64,000 bases of DNA. Origin: Octopus bimaculoides. Its lineage: Eukaryota. Positions 38,868-50,780 of this stretch are shown here, piece after piece; within the stretch, counting starts at the first letter, position 1; every line of letters begins with the position of its first letter. The stretch is taken from NCBI RefSeq assembly GCF_001194135.2, contig NC_068983.1:142419760-142483759 (forward strand), given 5' to 3'. Below the pieces are notes generated by a model. The model saw nothing but the letters and a program-made list of their open reading frames with translations, searched no databases and was not told where the DNA came from. The position numbers and the translations under genes were made by a program.

Positions 38868-39620
38868 CAGGGGGCGAACTGAGAGTATTAAGGGCCGTCG
38901 GGCATAACTGTTTACCGGGCCCCTTTGAATGTGCTTTAGTAGAGTTAACATGTAGAGTGCGGGGGGATCTTGTTCAAAACGGGGGCACCAGTATTTTCTT
39001 AACGAAACACTTTGAAACTTGGGACACTGGTAGAATGTGTCATATAAAACATCTTTTTCTCTTAGTCTTCTTAACAAAAAAACGTACATCGCAAGTTATT
39101 TCATGTTAAAGTTGTCGTATTTCTGTAATTTCAACCAATGACTGACGTCCATTCAGCCTGATATTATTAAGTGCTGACTATGTAAACAAACGATGGCTGA
39201 AGCATATTGGCAGTAGGGTTAGGGTTAGGGTTATGAAAGAAAATGAAAAAAGCAAATGTTGTACACATACAGTTCAGGCAGATGTTAACGAAATTATAAA
39301 TGGAGATTAAATACGCTTTACACCGCTTAAACTTCCAAAGGAGCAAGTGTAAACAGTTGAATACTTGTCAGTGATTGGTTGAAATTATCGAAATAAGACA
39401 ATTTTTTACATGAAATAAATTCGAATACAAAAATTTTTTTCTGTTCTATAACACAAAATAGATAAGTATACGAAGTTTGAAAGTCTTTCGGTACCCAAAA
39501 CACTACATAAAACATTAATGAAAACTGGTGCCCCCGTTTTGAACAAGATCCGTGCGGGGTCCCTCAGAGCCCCGGGCCCTCGGGCAGTGTCCGATTGAGC
39601 GACGGCTCAGTCCACCCCTG
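38868..39620. mobile_element. hAT-type MITE (~158 bp without the insert) hosting a nested element
   Basis: Termini CAGGGGGCGAACTGAG and reverse complement CAGGGGTGGACTGAG; 8-bp TSD ACTCAAGG (38860-38867) / ATTCAAGG (39621-39628). Confidence 0.8.
38965..39551. mobile_element. Non-autonomous Merlin-like MITE, 587 bp
   Basis: Perfect 28-bp TIRs GGATCTTGTTCAAAACGGGGGCACCAGT; perfect 8-bp TSD GTGCGGGG (38957-38964, 39552-39559). 5'-GG termini plus an 8-bp TSD fit the Merlin superfamily. Confidence 0.88.
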
Positions 39621-39769
39621 ATTCAAGGTAATTTTTCGCTAGTCCATCAAACTGCAGTTTACCCATGGCAATTCTAGACACCAAGTCTGCATTGAAATGA
39701 ACCGGAAAGTCAAAATTGGGTTGTCTCGCCTTTCGTCATAAGTCTTCCTCACGGAGGCTGACCGGAAAG

Positions 39770-39987
39770 AAGGTAACCACCACCACCATCACAACAACAA
39801 CAACAACCACTGCCACGTTCGTTACTACCGCCAAACTACCAATACTACTACCATTATACTGCTATCACTACTACCTCAACTGCTACTGTCTAAACCTCAT
39901 TATTCCTTGTTATCACCATTTCCCATTACCAAATTACTTCCACCACCACTACCACTAGTAGAAGCAGCAGTAGCAGCAGCAGCAGCT

Positions 39988-40050
<63 letters not shown>

Positions 40051-40150
40051 CTACTACTACTACTACTACTACAGATATAACCACTACCACCATAAATTAT
40101 GATCGCTACTGCTACTATTACTACTGATATCACCACTGCTATCCTTATTG

Positions 40151-40198
<48 letters not shown>

Positions 40199-40476
40199 GA
40201 GCACAGTTATCATTGTCTTTTTTCTACCTCTTGTGTCAAAACACTTCCAGACTATAACCATTATACCCCTACCACCCTACTACCATCACCACCACCACCA
40301 CCACCACCACTGCTACTATCATAAATACTACTACCTCCACCACTACATTGTCATCGCCATTTCCACTCGCACATTAACTGACATACTACTACCAAGGCAC
40401 TACTGCAGGTACCACACCAAAACCACTATCGCATCATTATCACACTACCACCACCACCACTACTACTGCTACTACA

Positions 40477-40518
<42 letters not shown>

Positions 40519-40983
40519 GCCATATAATACTACCACTACGCAACTACCGTCATCGCCGCCGATACCATCAGCACCACCATAACCACTACCGTCTTCACCG
40601 CCATCTTAATTACACTATTCCCGCCCCTATGACTGCACAATTAAAATGCAGCCCCGTCAGTTTCCCCTACTAACCCTAACCTTCTTCCTCCTGATCATCA
40701 CCACCACCACCGGCCACCGGCACCGACGCCATTTTCCTCCACCCTTCCTATCGTCTGCCATTTCTACAACATGCTCCATTGTTCAAAATCAATTCTCATT
40801 GAAGTTTTAATAACGTTGTTGTTGTTGCTGTTGCTGTTGTTGTTGTTGTCGCTGTTGTTGTTGTTGCTGCTGCAGTTAATGTTAACTTATATTGTTTTGT
40901 TTTTCTTTGTTCTTGCTTGCGGACATTGTTATTACTGTGGACGTTTGTTACTCTCGCTGTTGTTGTTGTTGCCATTACTATCA

Positions 40984-41024
<41 letters not shown>

Positions 41025-41640
41025 TACTGCTGTTGTTGTTGTTGGTGGTGGTGGTGGTGTTGGTGGTGTTGGTGGTGGTGGTGGTGGCGGTGATGNNNNN
41101 NNNNNNNNNNNNNNNNNNNNNNNNNNNNNNNNNNNNNNNNNNNNNNNNNNNNNNNNNNNNNNNNNNNNNNNNNNNNNNNNNNNNNNNNNNNNNNNNNNNN
41201 NNNNNNNNNNNNNNNNNNNNNNNNNNNNNNNNNNNNNNNNNNNNNNNNNNNNNNNNNNNNNNNNNNNNNNNNNNNNNNNNNNNNNNNNNNNNNNNNNNNN
41301 NNNNNNNNNNNNNNNNNNNNNNNNNNNNNNNNNNNNNNNNNNNNNNNNNNNNNNNNNNNNNNNNNNNNNNNNNNNNNNNNNNNNNNNNNNNNNNNNNNNN
41401 NNNNNNNNNNNNNNNNNNNNNNNNNNNNNNNNNNNNNNNNNNNNNNNNNNNNNNNNNNNNNNNNNNNNNNNNNNNNNNNNNNNNNNNNNNTCCTCGTTGT
41501 TATTAACATTCTTCATGTCATTGTCATGGCCGACCACGCTGTTATTGTTGTTGGTGTTGTTGCTGTTCCTGCTGCCGTTACTTTCATTCAAGCAAAAGAG
41601 GAGATGGATGGAGGTGATGGATGGGGGGGGGGGTTAATAC
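39770..41640. repeat. Mosaic trinucleotide microsatellite field (ACT/ACC/AAC/AGT/ATT/GTT/GGT)
   Basis: Directly visible; generates poly-T/Y/L/H ORFs in all frames. Confidence 0.95.
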
Positions 41641-42507
41641 GGGATCAAAGCCCAGATAGGTGACAGCTGAAATCGAGATAGATAGACTGATAGACAAATG
41701 AGAGAGAGCAAGAAAAGAGACAGACAGATAGACAGAGACTACCACCATCACCACCACCACGTCACCGAATTACCCCCCCCCCTCCTACCAACTTCCCCTA
41801 CCAACTCCTCTACTATCCCTTTCAGCCAAGCACTTCGCGCCACACGTACATTTACTGAATGGTCTCGGAGACGCAGCGAGAGAACGATCAATATTTGAAC
41901 GCATTTTGCCTTTCACAAATACAAAGCATGCACGAATACAGTCACTCAGATGCAGCATGCACGCACAAGTCATGTACGCATGCGTAGTCTCTCACGCTCT
42001 TGAACTTCTCTTTATTCATATACACTCTTACACACACACACACACACACACATACACACACACAACACGCAAGCAAACGCACTCGAGTTTCGCCCTTGGC
42101 TGCGACAAATTTTATTCTTTGTTAAATAAAATACACCTTTGTCCAATCTACCCGGCGATTTACGTTCTATATCAAATAATGCTTAAATTTTAAATAATAC
42201 TTACACTATGATACAAATGTGCACACACACTCACATGCATATATCTATATCTATATGTAATTATAGATACACGCATAATACATATGTGTGTGTGTGTATA
42301 TATATATANNNNNNNNNNNNNNNNNNNNNNNNNNNNNNNNNNNNNNNNNNNNNNNNNNNNNNNNNNNNNNNNNNNNNNNNNNNNNNNNNNNNNNNNNNNN
42401 NNNNNNNNNNNNNNNNNNNNNNATAATGTATATACTGTGTGTGTGTTGGAAAATACAAACCAATATACTGAGAAAAAGTTGAAAATACGTCAAAAATTTC
42501 GTACGTA

Positions 42508-43378
42508 CGAGGGTTGGTAGAAAAGTTCATAGGTTGACCAAGATACACTCATCGAATGTGACCAAATGGGGTTTATTTTTCAACATAGTCCCCCTTGCGA
42601 TCTACACACTTCTTCTATCGGTGTTGCAGTGTTTGGATCCCTTTTAGTCTCTTGGTCAAAAAAGTCAGCAACAGCAGACATGACATCAACATCACTGCGA
42701 CGCTGGATCCCAGCCAAGTGTTTTTTTCATGTTGGGGAATAGATGATAGTCAGGTGGGGCCAAATCAGAAGAACATGGAGTGTGGTCAGCTAGTTCATAG
42801 CCACAGTCACGCACAATAATCATTGAAACCAAGGATTTGTATGCTGAAGCATTGTCCTGGTGAAAAAAAGACCTTTTTCGTCAGTTTTCCTGGGCGTTTG
42901 GTCTTGATAGTCTTTCGTAATTGCCTCAGTAAGTTGGCATAGTACGTTCCATTGATGATGTGGCCTTTTTGAAGACAGTCAAAAAACAATGCATTTGGCA
43001 TCACCAAACCAGGAGCTGTCATCTTCCCTTGAAATGAAACGACCTTGGCCTTCTTTGAAGCAGATGAGGAGGGGTGTTTCTACTGCTTGGATTGTCTCTG
43101 CCTCAAGTGATGAACTCAACACTCATCTTGGGTTAGGAAACGTACAAGAAAATTAGCTGGATCTGTTTCAAACAGTGTCATACTTACTCATGATTCGATC
43201 GTCCTGGTGCGCTTTTGATTAGGTGTCAGAAGACGTGGCACCCGCCAAACAGAAACCTTCCTCGTTTCAAGTTCGTCGTGTAGAATATTCTCAACTCTCT
43301 CACGGGATATGCTAATAGGATTAGCTATTTGATTTATAGTCAATCGTCTGTCATCCCTCAAGTTTAAGAAATTTCGTT
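42508..43378 (-). mobile_element. Mariner (DD34D) element, 3' portion with right TIR; same family as 31417
   Basis: TA+CGAGGGTTGGTAGAAAAGTTCATAGGTTGAC; minus strand DDRRLTINQIA..WRVPRLLTP..SSDLAPPDYHLFPNMKK..KCVDRKGDYVEK*. The 5' end abuts a CR1 fragment. Confidence 0.92.
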
Positions 43379-43953
43379 TTAACGAAAACATTCTTTAGAT
43401 AAAATTCCCCTACAATTCTTTTCAGCCCACTTATATATTTCATCTAGCTCACAGTGCAGGTGCATAGTGTCTTCAGGGTTCTGTATCACCTGTGAGACTT
43501 GTGTATCATCTGCATAACTTGTGACCGTGGCTCTCTGTGTAGCTGAGGGCATATCTGAGACGGCCATTATGAACAGTAGTAGTCCCAAAACAGTACCTTG
43601 TGGAACACCGCTCACTATTTGCGTATCATTAGAGGTGGTCCCATTTGCTACTACCACCTGACTTCTACCCTTAAGAAAGTCATGCAGCCATTCTCCCAGT
43701 TTTTCGACTATGCCGAGATCACGCAGTTTGTGACATATCATTCCCTGATCGACTTTATCAACGGCCTTTGCAGAGTCGAGATATATCACTTCCACATTTG
43801 AGTGGTTGAGCAGGTGTTTCAGCACCAAGTCATGGTGTTGTAAGAGCTGTGTCAGGCAGCTTCTTCCTGGTCGGAAACTACGTTGGGTGTCAGTCAGCGA
43901 GTCATTTCCCTCAAGGAAGGTGATTAGTTTTCTTCTGACTATTCGTTCCATGA
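43379..43953 (-). mobile_element. CR1-type LINE RT core fragment
   Basis: MERIVRRKLITFLE..RPGRSCLTQLL..IYLDSAKAVDKVD..SGVPQGTVLG.LLF..SYADDT. Confidence 0.93.
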
Positions 43954-43954
43954 C

Positions 43955-44006
<52 letters not shown>

Positions 44007-44178
44007 ACATATATAGAGATATAAATATATATATAGGAAGAATTCACACAAAAAAAACAAAAGACGAAGAAAGGTGGTGTAGGCAACAAACAGATGTATT
44101 AGTATAACGCTCGGGAAGTGAAAAAGTCTTTATTGAAACGCGTTATTACTCTGATATAAGAAAGCAATTTCGTTATAA

Positions 44179-44237
<59 letters not shown>

Positions 44238-44393
44238 GCAAACATATATATATATATACATATATATACATACATATATATGTACATACATATGTACATA
44301 CATATATATGTACATATATATACATACATGCATGCATACATAATACATACATACATACATACATACATACATACATACATACATACATACATA

Positions 44394-44497
44394 CCCGCCT
44401 GTAGATGTTGAAATTCTAATGAAGGAACCTTGGATCTAGGTTAGAAACCGGTTTTTTCTCTATTGGCTAAAAATCTTGAAATAGATTGAACTATGAC
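44394..44497 (+). repeat. ~100-bp dispersed repeat embedded in (CATA)n, copy 2
   Basis: Homologous to 5916-6019(-); contains CTAATGA...GAAACCGGTT. Confidence 0.85.
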
Positions 44498-44719
44498 ATA
44501 CATATGTATGTCCAGGCATAATCGCACATATAATTATCGATTTAACTAGTTAGCTACATACACACAAACTATTGCGTATAAATATCTATATGTGTATATG
44601 TGCGTGCGAGCGCGTGTGTATAAGTGAGTGTGCGTACGTGCGTTCGTGGGGGTGTAAGGAAGTTGCACTGAGTATTTGTAAACAGGCTTTAGTCGACTAT
44701 AATAAACTGAAGACGATCT

Positions 44720-45350
44720 AACATAATGTTACGAGTCATGCTCACGGCTGTCGCTGCCAACCACAAAGTCTCGGGGATCAGTTTTTTAAATGTGGATCGA
44801 GCTTCCATATTCAGTATAAAGAAAGAGGTGGAGGCCTATATCGGGGTTGTTTCATTCATGACCAAATGGAAAAGGCATTCTCATAGCTGAGAGGACCCGG
44901 GGCATCATCAACAACAATCCTAGGAAAGCGTTGTGTGCGATTGTCAAGCAGCTCAAGGTGCCAATTGCCAAGCAGCCCAAGGTGCCAATTGCCAAGCAGT
45001 CCAAGGTGCCAATTGCCGAGCAGCTCGAAATGTGTGTTGCTCCAGAACATCAGTTTCAAGCTCTACCTGATACGGAGTTGGCAGCTTTTGTCCAGCAAGA
45101 CTCAGAATCCCATGATATTATGGATCTCAAAAATCATGTGGACTCCTATCTCGGCCGATTTGAACATCCTGAGCTGCTGCACCAACGACATGGTCGGGAA
45201 AAGCAACGACTGGCACCGTATGTCACCAAGGACCCTATGGAGGCTGTCGTCGTATGTTTGGTGAATGACATGGGGACGACTTAATCCTGGAATCCAGTCG
45301 CTTCAGTAGCTATATCGGAGTCGTCATTAAGGCAGAGGTCGATTTTATTT
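44720..45350 (+). mobile_element. Internally deleted maT/DD37D-like IS630-Tc1-mariner remnant with a 24-bp x3 tandem repeat
   Basis: FLNVDRASIFSIKKEVEA..RHSHS, IINNNPRKALCAIVKQL, QNISFKLYLIRSWQLLS, MWTPISADLN (WPP.SPDLN-like), SRFSSYIGVVIKAEVDFI*; repeat 44945-45016. Confidence 0.7.
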
Positions 45351-45711
45351 AACCGACCGTTTCTTTAATATATCTAGTTGAAAACAGGTGTGGTATTATC
45401 TTTATCTTGGAGTATATTGTTTTACCTGTTTGTTGTCCTGTTTTCCTGGGTTTGTTTTGTTTACAAATACCCGGCGCCCCCTATGTGTGTGCGTGTATGG
45501 ATGTGTAACCAGAATAACAAAAAAACACGGCCTAAAGAAAGAACTAGAATAGAAAATGAAGGCGGTTACACCTGAAAAAAAAAAAAGAAAAACTTAAACA
45601 TTATTCATGTTTTGGAACAAAGAAAACTACGTGATCTATTTTAGTGGTAGAAAGTGAAGTTTCAAATGTATCCCAAAGTTCCTTGCATATTTTTACTATT
45701 TAGAAATACCG

Positions 45712-45743
<32 letters not shown>

Positions 45744-45959
45744 CCACGTAGTTCTATGGATGATGTGAATGTTGTATTGAAGACGGGGATTGTCACGACT
45801 TGAACACATTTGATCATTGATTTTCGACTGCGATTGATCAGACACTACACGACACAGCAAAAACTGAATTCAGACCAAAGAGGGAAGGATTCTGTGCGAG
45901 TACACGACCTGATGGTTATAGCAGCAAAATTTCCCCCAAATCACATCCTCTTCTACTCT

Positions 45960-46175
45960 AGGCACGAGGCCCGAAATTTTGGGTGAGGGAGCCAGTCGAT
46001 TAGATCGACCCCGGTACGCAACTGGTACTTAATTTATCGACCCCGAAAGGATGGAAGGCAAAATCGACCTCGGCGGAATTTGAACTCAGAACGTAGAGGC
46101 AGACGAAATACCGCTAAGCATTTCGCCGGGCGAAATGCTTAGCGGTAACTAAGCTTCTGCCTGCTCGCCGCCTTC
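45960..46175 (-). mobile_element. SINE family B copy with an internal fold-back palindrome
   Basis: Reverse complement of the 57962 copy; perfect 19-1-19 palindrome at 46109-46147. Confidence 0.9.
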
Positions 46176-46745
46176 TTCAAATCACACGCTACCATCTTAA
46201 ATTAGGAAAGGATATACTGGAACTACAGTGTTCTATAGACAAACAGACGAGATAATTTGCATGTGTGTGTACGTGCGAGTGCGTGTGTATATATATGAAT
46301 GCATANNNNNNNNNNNNNNNNNNNNNNNNNNNNNNNNNNNNNNNNNNNNNNNNNNNNNNNNNNNNNNNNNNNNNNNNNNNNNNNNNNNNNNNNNNNNNNN
46401 NNNNNNNNNNNNNNNNNNNNNNNNNNNNNNNNNNNNNNNNNNNNNNNNNNNNNNNNNNNNNNNNNNNNNNNNNNNNNNNNNNNNNNNNNNNNNNNNNNNN
46501 NNNNNNNNNNNNNNNNNNNNNNNNNNNNNNNNNNNNNNNNNNNNNNNNNNNNNNNNNNNNNNNNNNNNNNNNNNNNNNNNNNNNNNNNNNNNNNNNNNNN
46601 NNNNNNNNNNNNNNNNNNNNNNNNNNNNNNNNNNNNNNNNNNNNNNNNNNNNNNNNNNNNNNNNNNNNNNNNNNNNNNNNNNNNNNNNNNNNNNNNNNNN
46701 NNNNNNNNNNNNNNNNNNNNNNNNNNNNNNNNNNNNNNNNNNNNN

Positions 46746-46791
<46 letters not shown>

Positions 46792-47761
46792 GTGTACACA
46801 TGTGTGCGTGTGCGTGCATGTGCGCACATATGTATACGTGCGTCCATGTGAGTGTAATGCATAGATTTACCATATGGACGGATAGAAAAGCCATGCTTAA
46901 GACAATGTTTTTGCAGCTACGTTTGCCTTCACCGGTTTAAACAATACATGAGATGAAGAACAAGAAAAAAAATGGTATGAATGGTTGATTTAAACTGAAA
47001 TATTAACGGATATCTTTCAGAAACTAGAGAATTACATTCATCTTAGCGGAACCAGGGTAAAAACGATTGATAAAAATCAGCTTGAAATCTGAATAGTCAT
47101 ATGATCTGGAACGTCATACAGTCATACAGTCTGTTTTGTTTCCCCTCCTCCATTCATAATTCAGGCAAGCAAAAGCTTAATGGGCAATGAACTTTATTCC
47201 TTCCGATTATGACCAGAACAAAGGCACTAGAACTGCTTGTAGCAGACGACTAGCGTCGTGACATGATTAATGAATGAAAACTTGAAACAGTGTGTCTTGG
47301 GTTCTGAATTCAATGCACAATAGTATAGAGGCATACTACGCTCAATCCGCAGCTGAAGTTAGCTGCCAATGATTTGCAAGGCTGCTGATAATCACTCACA
47401 CTATTTACTTGCTTGCTAGTTTTCTTACTTGCTGGTTTGTCGGTATGTTTGTTTGATTGCTTGATTGCTTGCTTAGTTGTTTCTGTGTTATGTTGCTAAC
47501 TAGCTAGTTCGATAACAATATATAGTTAGGTGAATAGAAAGATAAATAAATGGGTGAATATATATTTCATTTGANNNNNNNNNNNNNNNNNNNNNNNNNN
47601 NNNNNNNNNNNNNNNNNNNNNNNNNNNNNNNNNNNNNNNNNNNNNNNNNNNNNNNNNNNNNNNNNNNNNNNNNNATACACACACACACACATACCTCTGT
47701 ACTATGGACTAAAAGGAAGGAACAACGGTCCGATGAAGCCGATTCTCCGTAGGTACCGACA

Positions 47762-48720
47762 CTAAGGATACGTTCGGATGAAATTAACAGTTCGGACAAC
47801 CACTTCCGTGACGTGATCCATTCTGAATGATTTGCAACACAATGCCTCCTGGTGCAAAATGCAGTGAAATATCCAAAAACCACGTCCGCCATTTACAGTC
47901 TGTACTTTCTCACTGAACTGCGTCACAGCATCTGGATTTTTTCCAACCATTGATGGAGCGCCATTTGTAGCCACGTTGATAACACGGGCCCAGTCCACTC
48001 TGACCCCTTCCAGCTCTCCAACGAGAGAGATGAAAATGTCATTTGCTGTTGTGGTGTCCATCATAGGAACCAACTCCAAGAACTCCTCGGTGACGGTCAA
48101 AGTCTCGTTTACACAACGAATGAATATGTCCAGTTGCGCAACATCCTTAATATCCATGCTCTCATTAATTGCAACTGAATATGCAATAAATGACATGACT
48201 TTGTACTTCAGTTGCCTGTCCAAATCTACAGCAAGATCTGAAATCCTATCTGCCACAGTGTTTCTCGTCAGGCTAATGTTGGCAAAAGTCTCTCATCAGC
48301 TAATGTTGGCTTCTCAGGGCATAGAGATTCTGAAGCCTTCATTATGCATATTTTCACGAAGTCACCCTCACAGTATGGCTTTGATGCTAATGCTATTTCC
48401 CTAGCAACAAGGTAGCAAGCTTTTACTGCTACTTGACTGATATCTCGGCTTTGGGTTAAAGCAGACTGTTGTTTCTTCAGATCCGCTAACAATTTATTTA
48501 CTTTCTCTCTTCCCATTCGTCCTTGCAAGTTATTGTATTTGTCGGCATGATGAGTCTCATAGTGACGCCGAATATTATATTCCTTGAGCACTGAAACCTG
48601 CAGCGAAAACACCAAGTACACAGGTTTCCCATTCACCTCCATCAATAAATAGGAAAAGGACCAATTTTCTTGAAATAATCTACACTCTGTATCCAGTTTT
48701 CTCCTTTTTGACAAAGACAT
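47762..48720 (-). pseudogene. hAT Charlie/SPIN-type (GTF2IRD2-like) transposase remnant, C-terminus missing
   Basis: MSLSKRRKLDTECRLFQENW..LKEYNIRRHYETHH..NISLTRNTVADRI..SVAINESMDIKDVAQL.IFIR..TNGAPSMVG..FHCILHQEALCCK. Confidence 0.92.
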
Positions 48721-48940
48721 TTTGGGTAAGGTAAAACAGAGTGAAATGTTGATCTAATAAAAGAAAACACTTTGTTAGTCACTGAATTAATTTCAAAAAG
48801 ATATGTTTATTTCAACACAATATCTAAAAAAAATCTTTAGATAATTTAAGGGAGTTTTTCTATTAGAAATTGAATCCTTGACACTATCATCAGTCACACT
48901 CAAACAATCAACATTCACAATAATAAGTAAGTAAATACTC

Positions 48941-49133
48941 TTTTACTTGTTTCAGTCATTTGATTGCGGCCATGCTGGAGCACCGCCTTAAGTCGAGAAA
49001 ATCAACCCCAGGACTTACTCTTTGTAAGCCTAGTACTTATTCTATCGGTCTCTTTTTGCCGAACCGCTAAGTTACGGGGACGTAAACACACCAGCATCGG
49101 TTGTCAAACGACGGTGGTGGGACAAACACAGAC

Positions 49134-49174
<41 letters not shown>

Positions 49175-49333
49175 TACGGCAGGCTTCTTCAGTTACCGCC
49201 TACCAAATCCACTCACAAGGCTTTGTTCGGCCCGAGGCTATAGTAGAAGACACTTGTCCAAGGTGCCACGCAGTGGAACTGAACCCGGAACCACGTGGTT
49301 GGTAAGCAAGCTACTTACCACACAGCCACTCCT
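48941..49333 (-). mobile_element. Near full-length SINE family A
   Basis: Minus strand from aggagtggctgtgtggtaagtagcttgcttacc..ggttcagttccactgcgtggcaccttg to ..aaatgactgaaacaagtaaaa, with central (TA)n. Confidence 0.92.
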
Positions 49334-50432
49334 AATTTTTACACTTGTCAAAGTCATCTCGTGGGCCGAATGAAACCTTGCGGGTCGTATGTTTAACATC
49401 CCAGCGTTAGAGCTTGTTTACTTTCTCCGATTAGAGTACAAATTTCGATCTATACAACATTTTATGAATACGTTATTCTGTATCACAACACATTAAATGT
49501 GCTTAGTGTAATCCATACCGCTTCTTTATTTTAGTTATTTCCGTTTGTGTCGGGTTTTTCCCCATGTTTAAATAGCTTCCGAGTTAAGATAGACAGAGAT
49601 AGTATGAAAGAAGTGTCGAGATAAGCTAACAAAAACAAATAAATAAATAAAAAATGAAAGTCGGTAAGAAAGAGGAGAGTGGGAAATAGATGAATGAATG
49701 ATTTGTATGCATGAAGACGCCAACGTGCCAATGAAAATATATAATTTTCTACGTTTTTTTTTTTGTTATCATGCAAAAACGAACTCACACACACACACAC
49801 ACACACAAATACACATACACACACATACATTAAGATAAGAGATAAAAAAAAAAAATATTAATTAATCTCACATGTTAAAACTATGAATAAAGATAACAGT
49901 TTCATTCTCATTATAGATAGCTACTGCCGTGAACAAGGGTGCGGTGTGAAATTTCCCCAAAGTACCTTAGGTGGTCACTTGACTTGTGGCTGATGTTTCT
50001 AGCAGCCAGATCACCTTCAAGACACAGCCTAGCGTCGTATTGGGATAGTCACGGACGGAGTGTCTTTAATCATGGATCTGGTCAATTAAGGACATGAGGC
50101 TAGACAATGATATATAAACACAATGAACTGTTTACAATAGATTAGAAATCAAAATAATCCCCCAATCTGCTTTAGGACAATCGTGTGTATGTTGTGTGTA
50201 TGTTGTGTGTATGTTGTGTGTATGTGTGTGTGCGTATGTATCGTGCGTGCGTTCGGCCTTTTTGATTCAAAGGTGTTTTTTAACTTAATATATTACATGC
50301 TATTATTTATAGTTTTGTCCACTTCGAGGAAATGAACCAATGAAATGATTTATCACGCGCGCACGCACACGCACACGCACACATATATGTACACACATAT
50401 TTGTATATACAAAAACATTTATATATATATAT

Positions 50433-50780
50433 AGGAGTGGCTGTATAGGCGCAGGAGTGGCTGTATAGGCGCAGGAGTGGCTGTATAGGCGCAGGAGTGG
50501 CTGTGTGGTAAGTAGCTTGCTTACCTTTATGTTGGTCTGTCTTTGTTCGTCCCCTCTTTGTAAGGCTTTAATGGCCAAATAATTGTTTGTTCCCCCAACA
50601 TTGCTTGACAACCGATGCTGGTGTGTTTACATCCCCGTAACTTAGGGGTTCGGCAAAAGGGACCGATAGAATAAAGTACTAGGCTTACAAAGAATAAGTC
50701 CTAGGGTCGATCTGCTCGACTAAAGGCGGTGCTCCAGCATGGCCGCAGTCAAATGACTGAAACAAGTAAAAGAGGAAAAG
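50433..50780 (+). mobile_element. SINE family A copy with a tandemly amplified 5' end and an internal deletion
   Basis: (ATAGGCGCAGGAGTGGCTGT)x3 at 50445-50504, then a jump from gcttgcttacc to the tail region. Confidence 0.9.

Noticed and set aside
47762-48720. Domesticated GTF2IRD2/ZBED-like host gene
   Set aside because: Frameshifted, internally duplicated near 48285-48312, truncated before the C-terminal dimerisation region.
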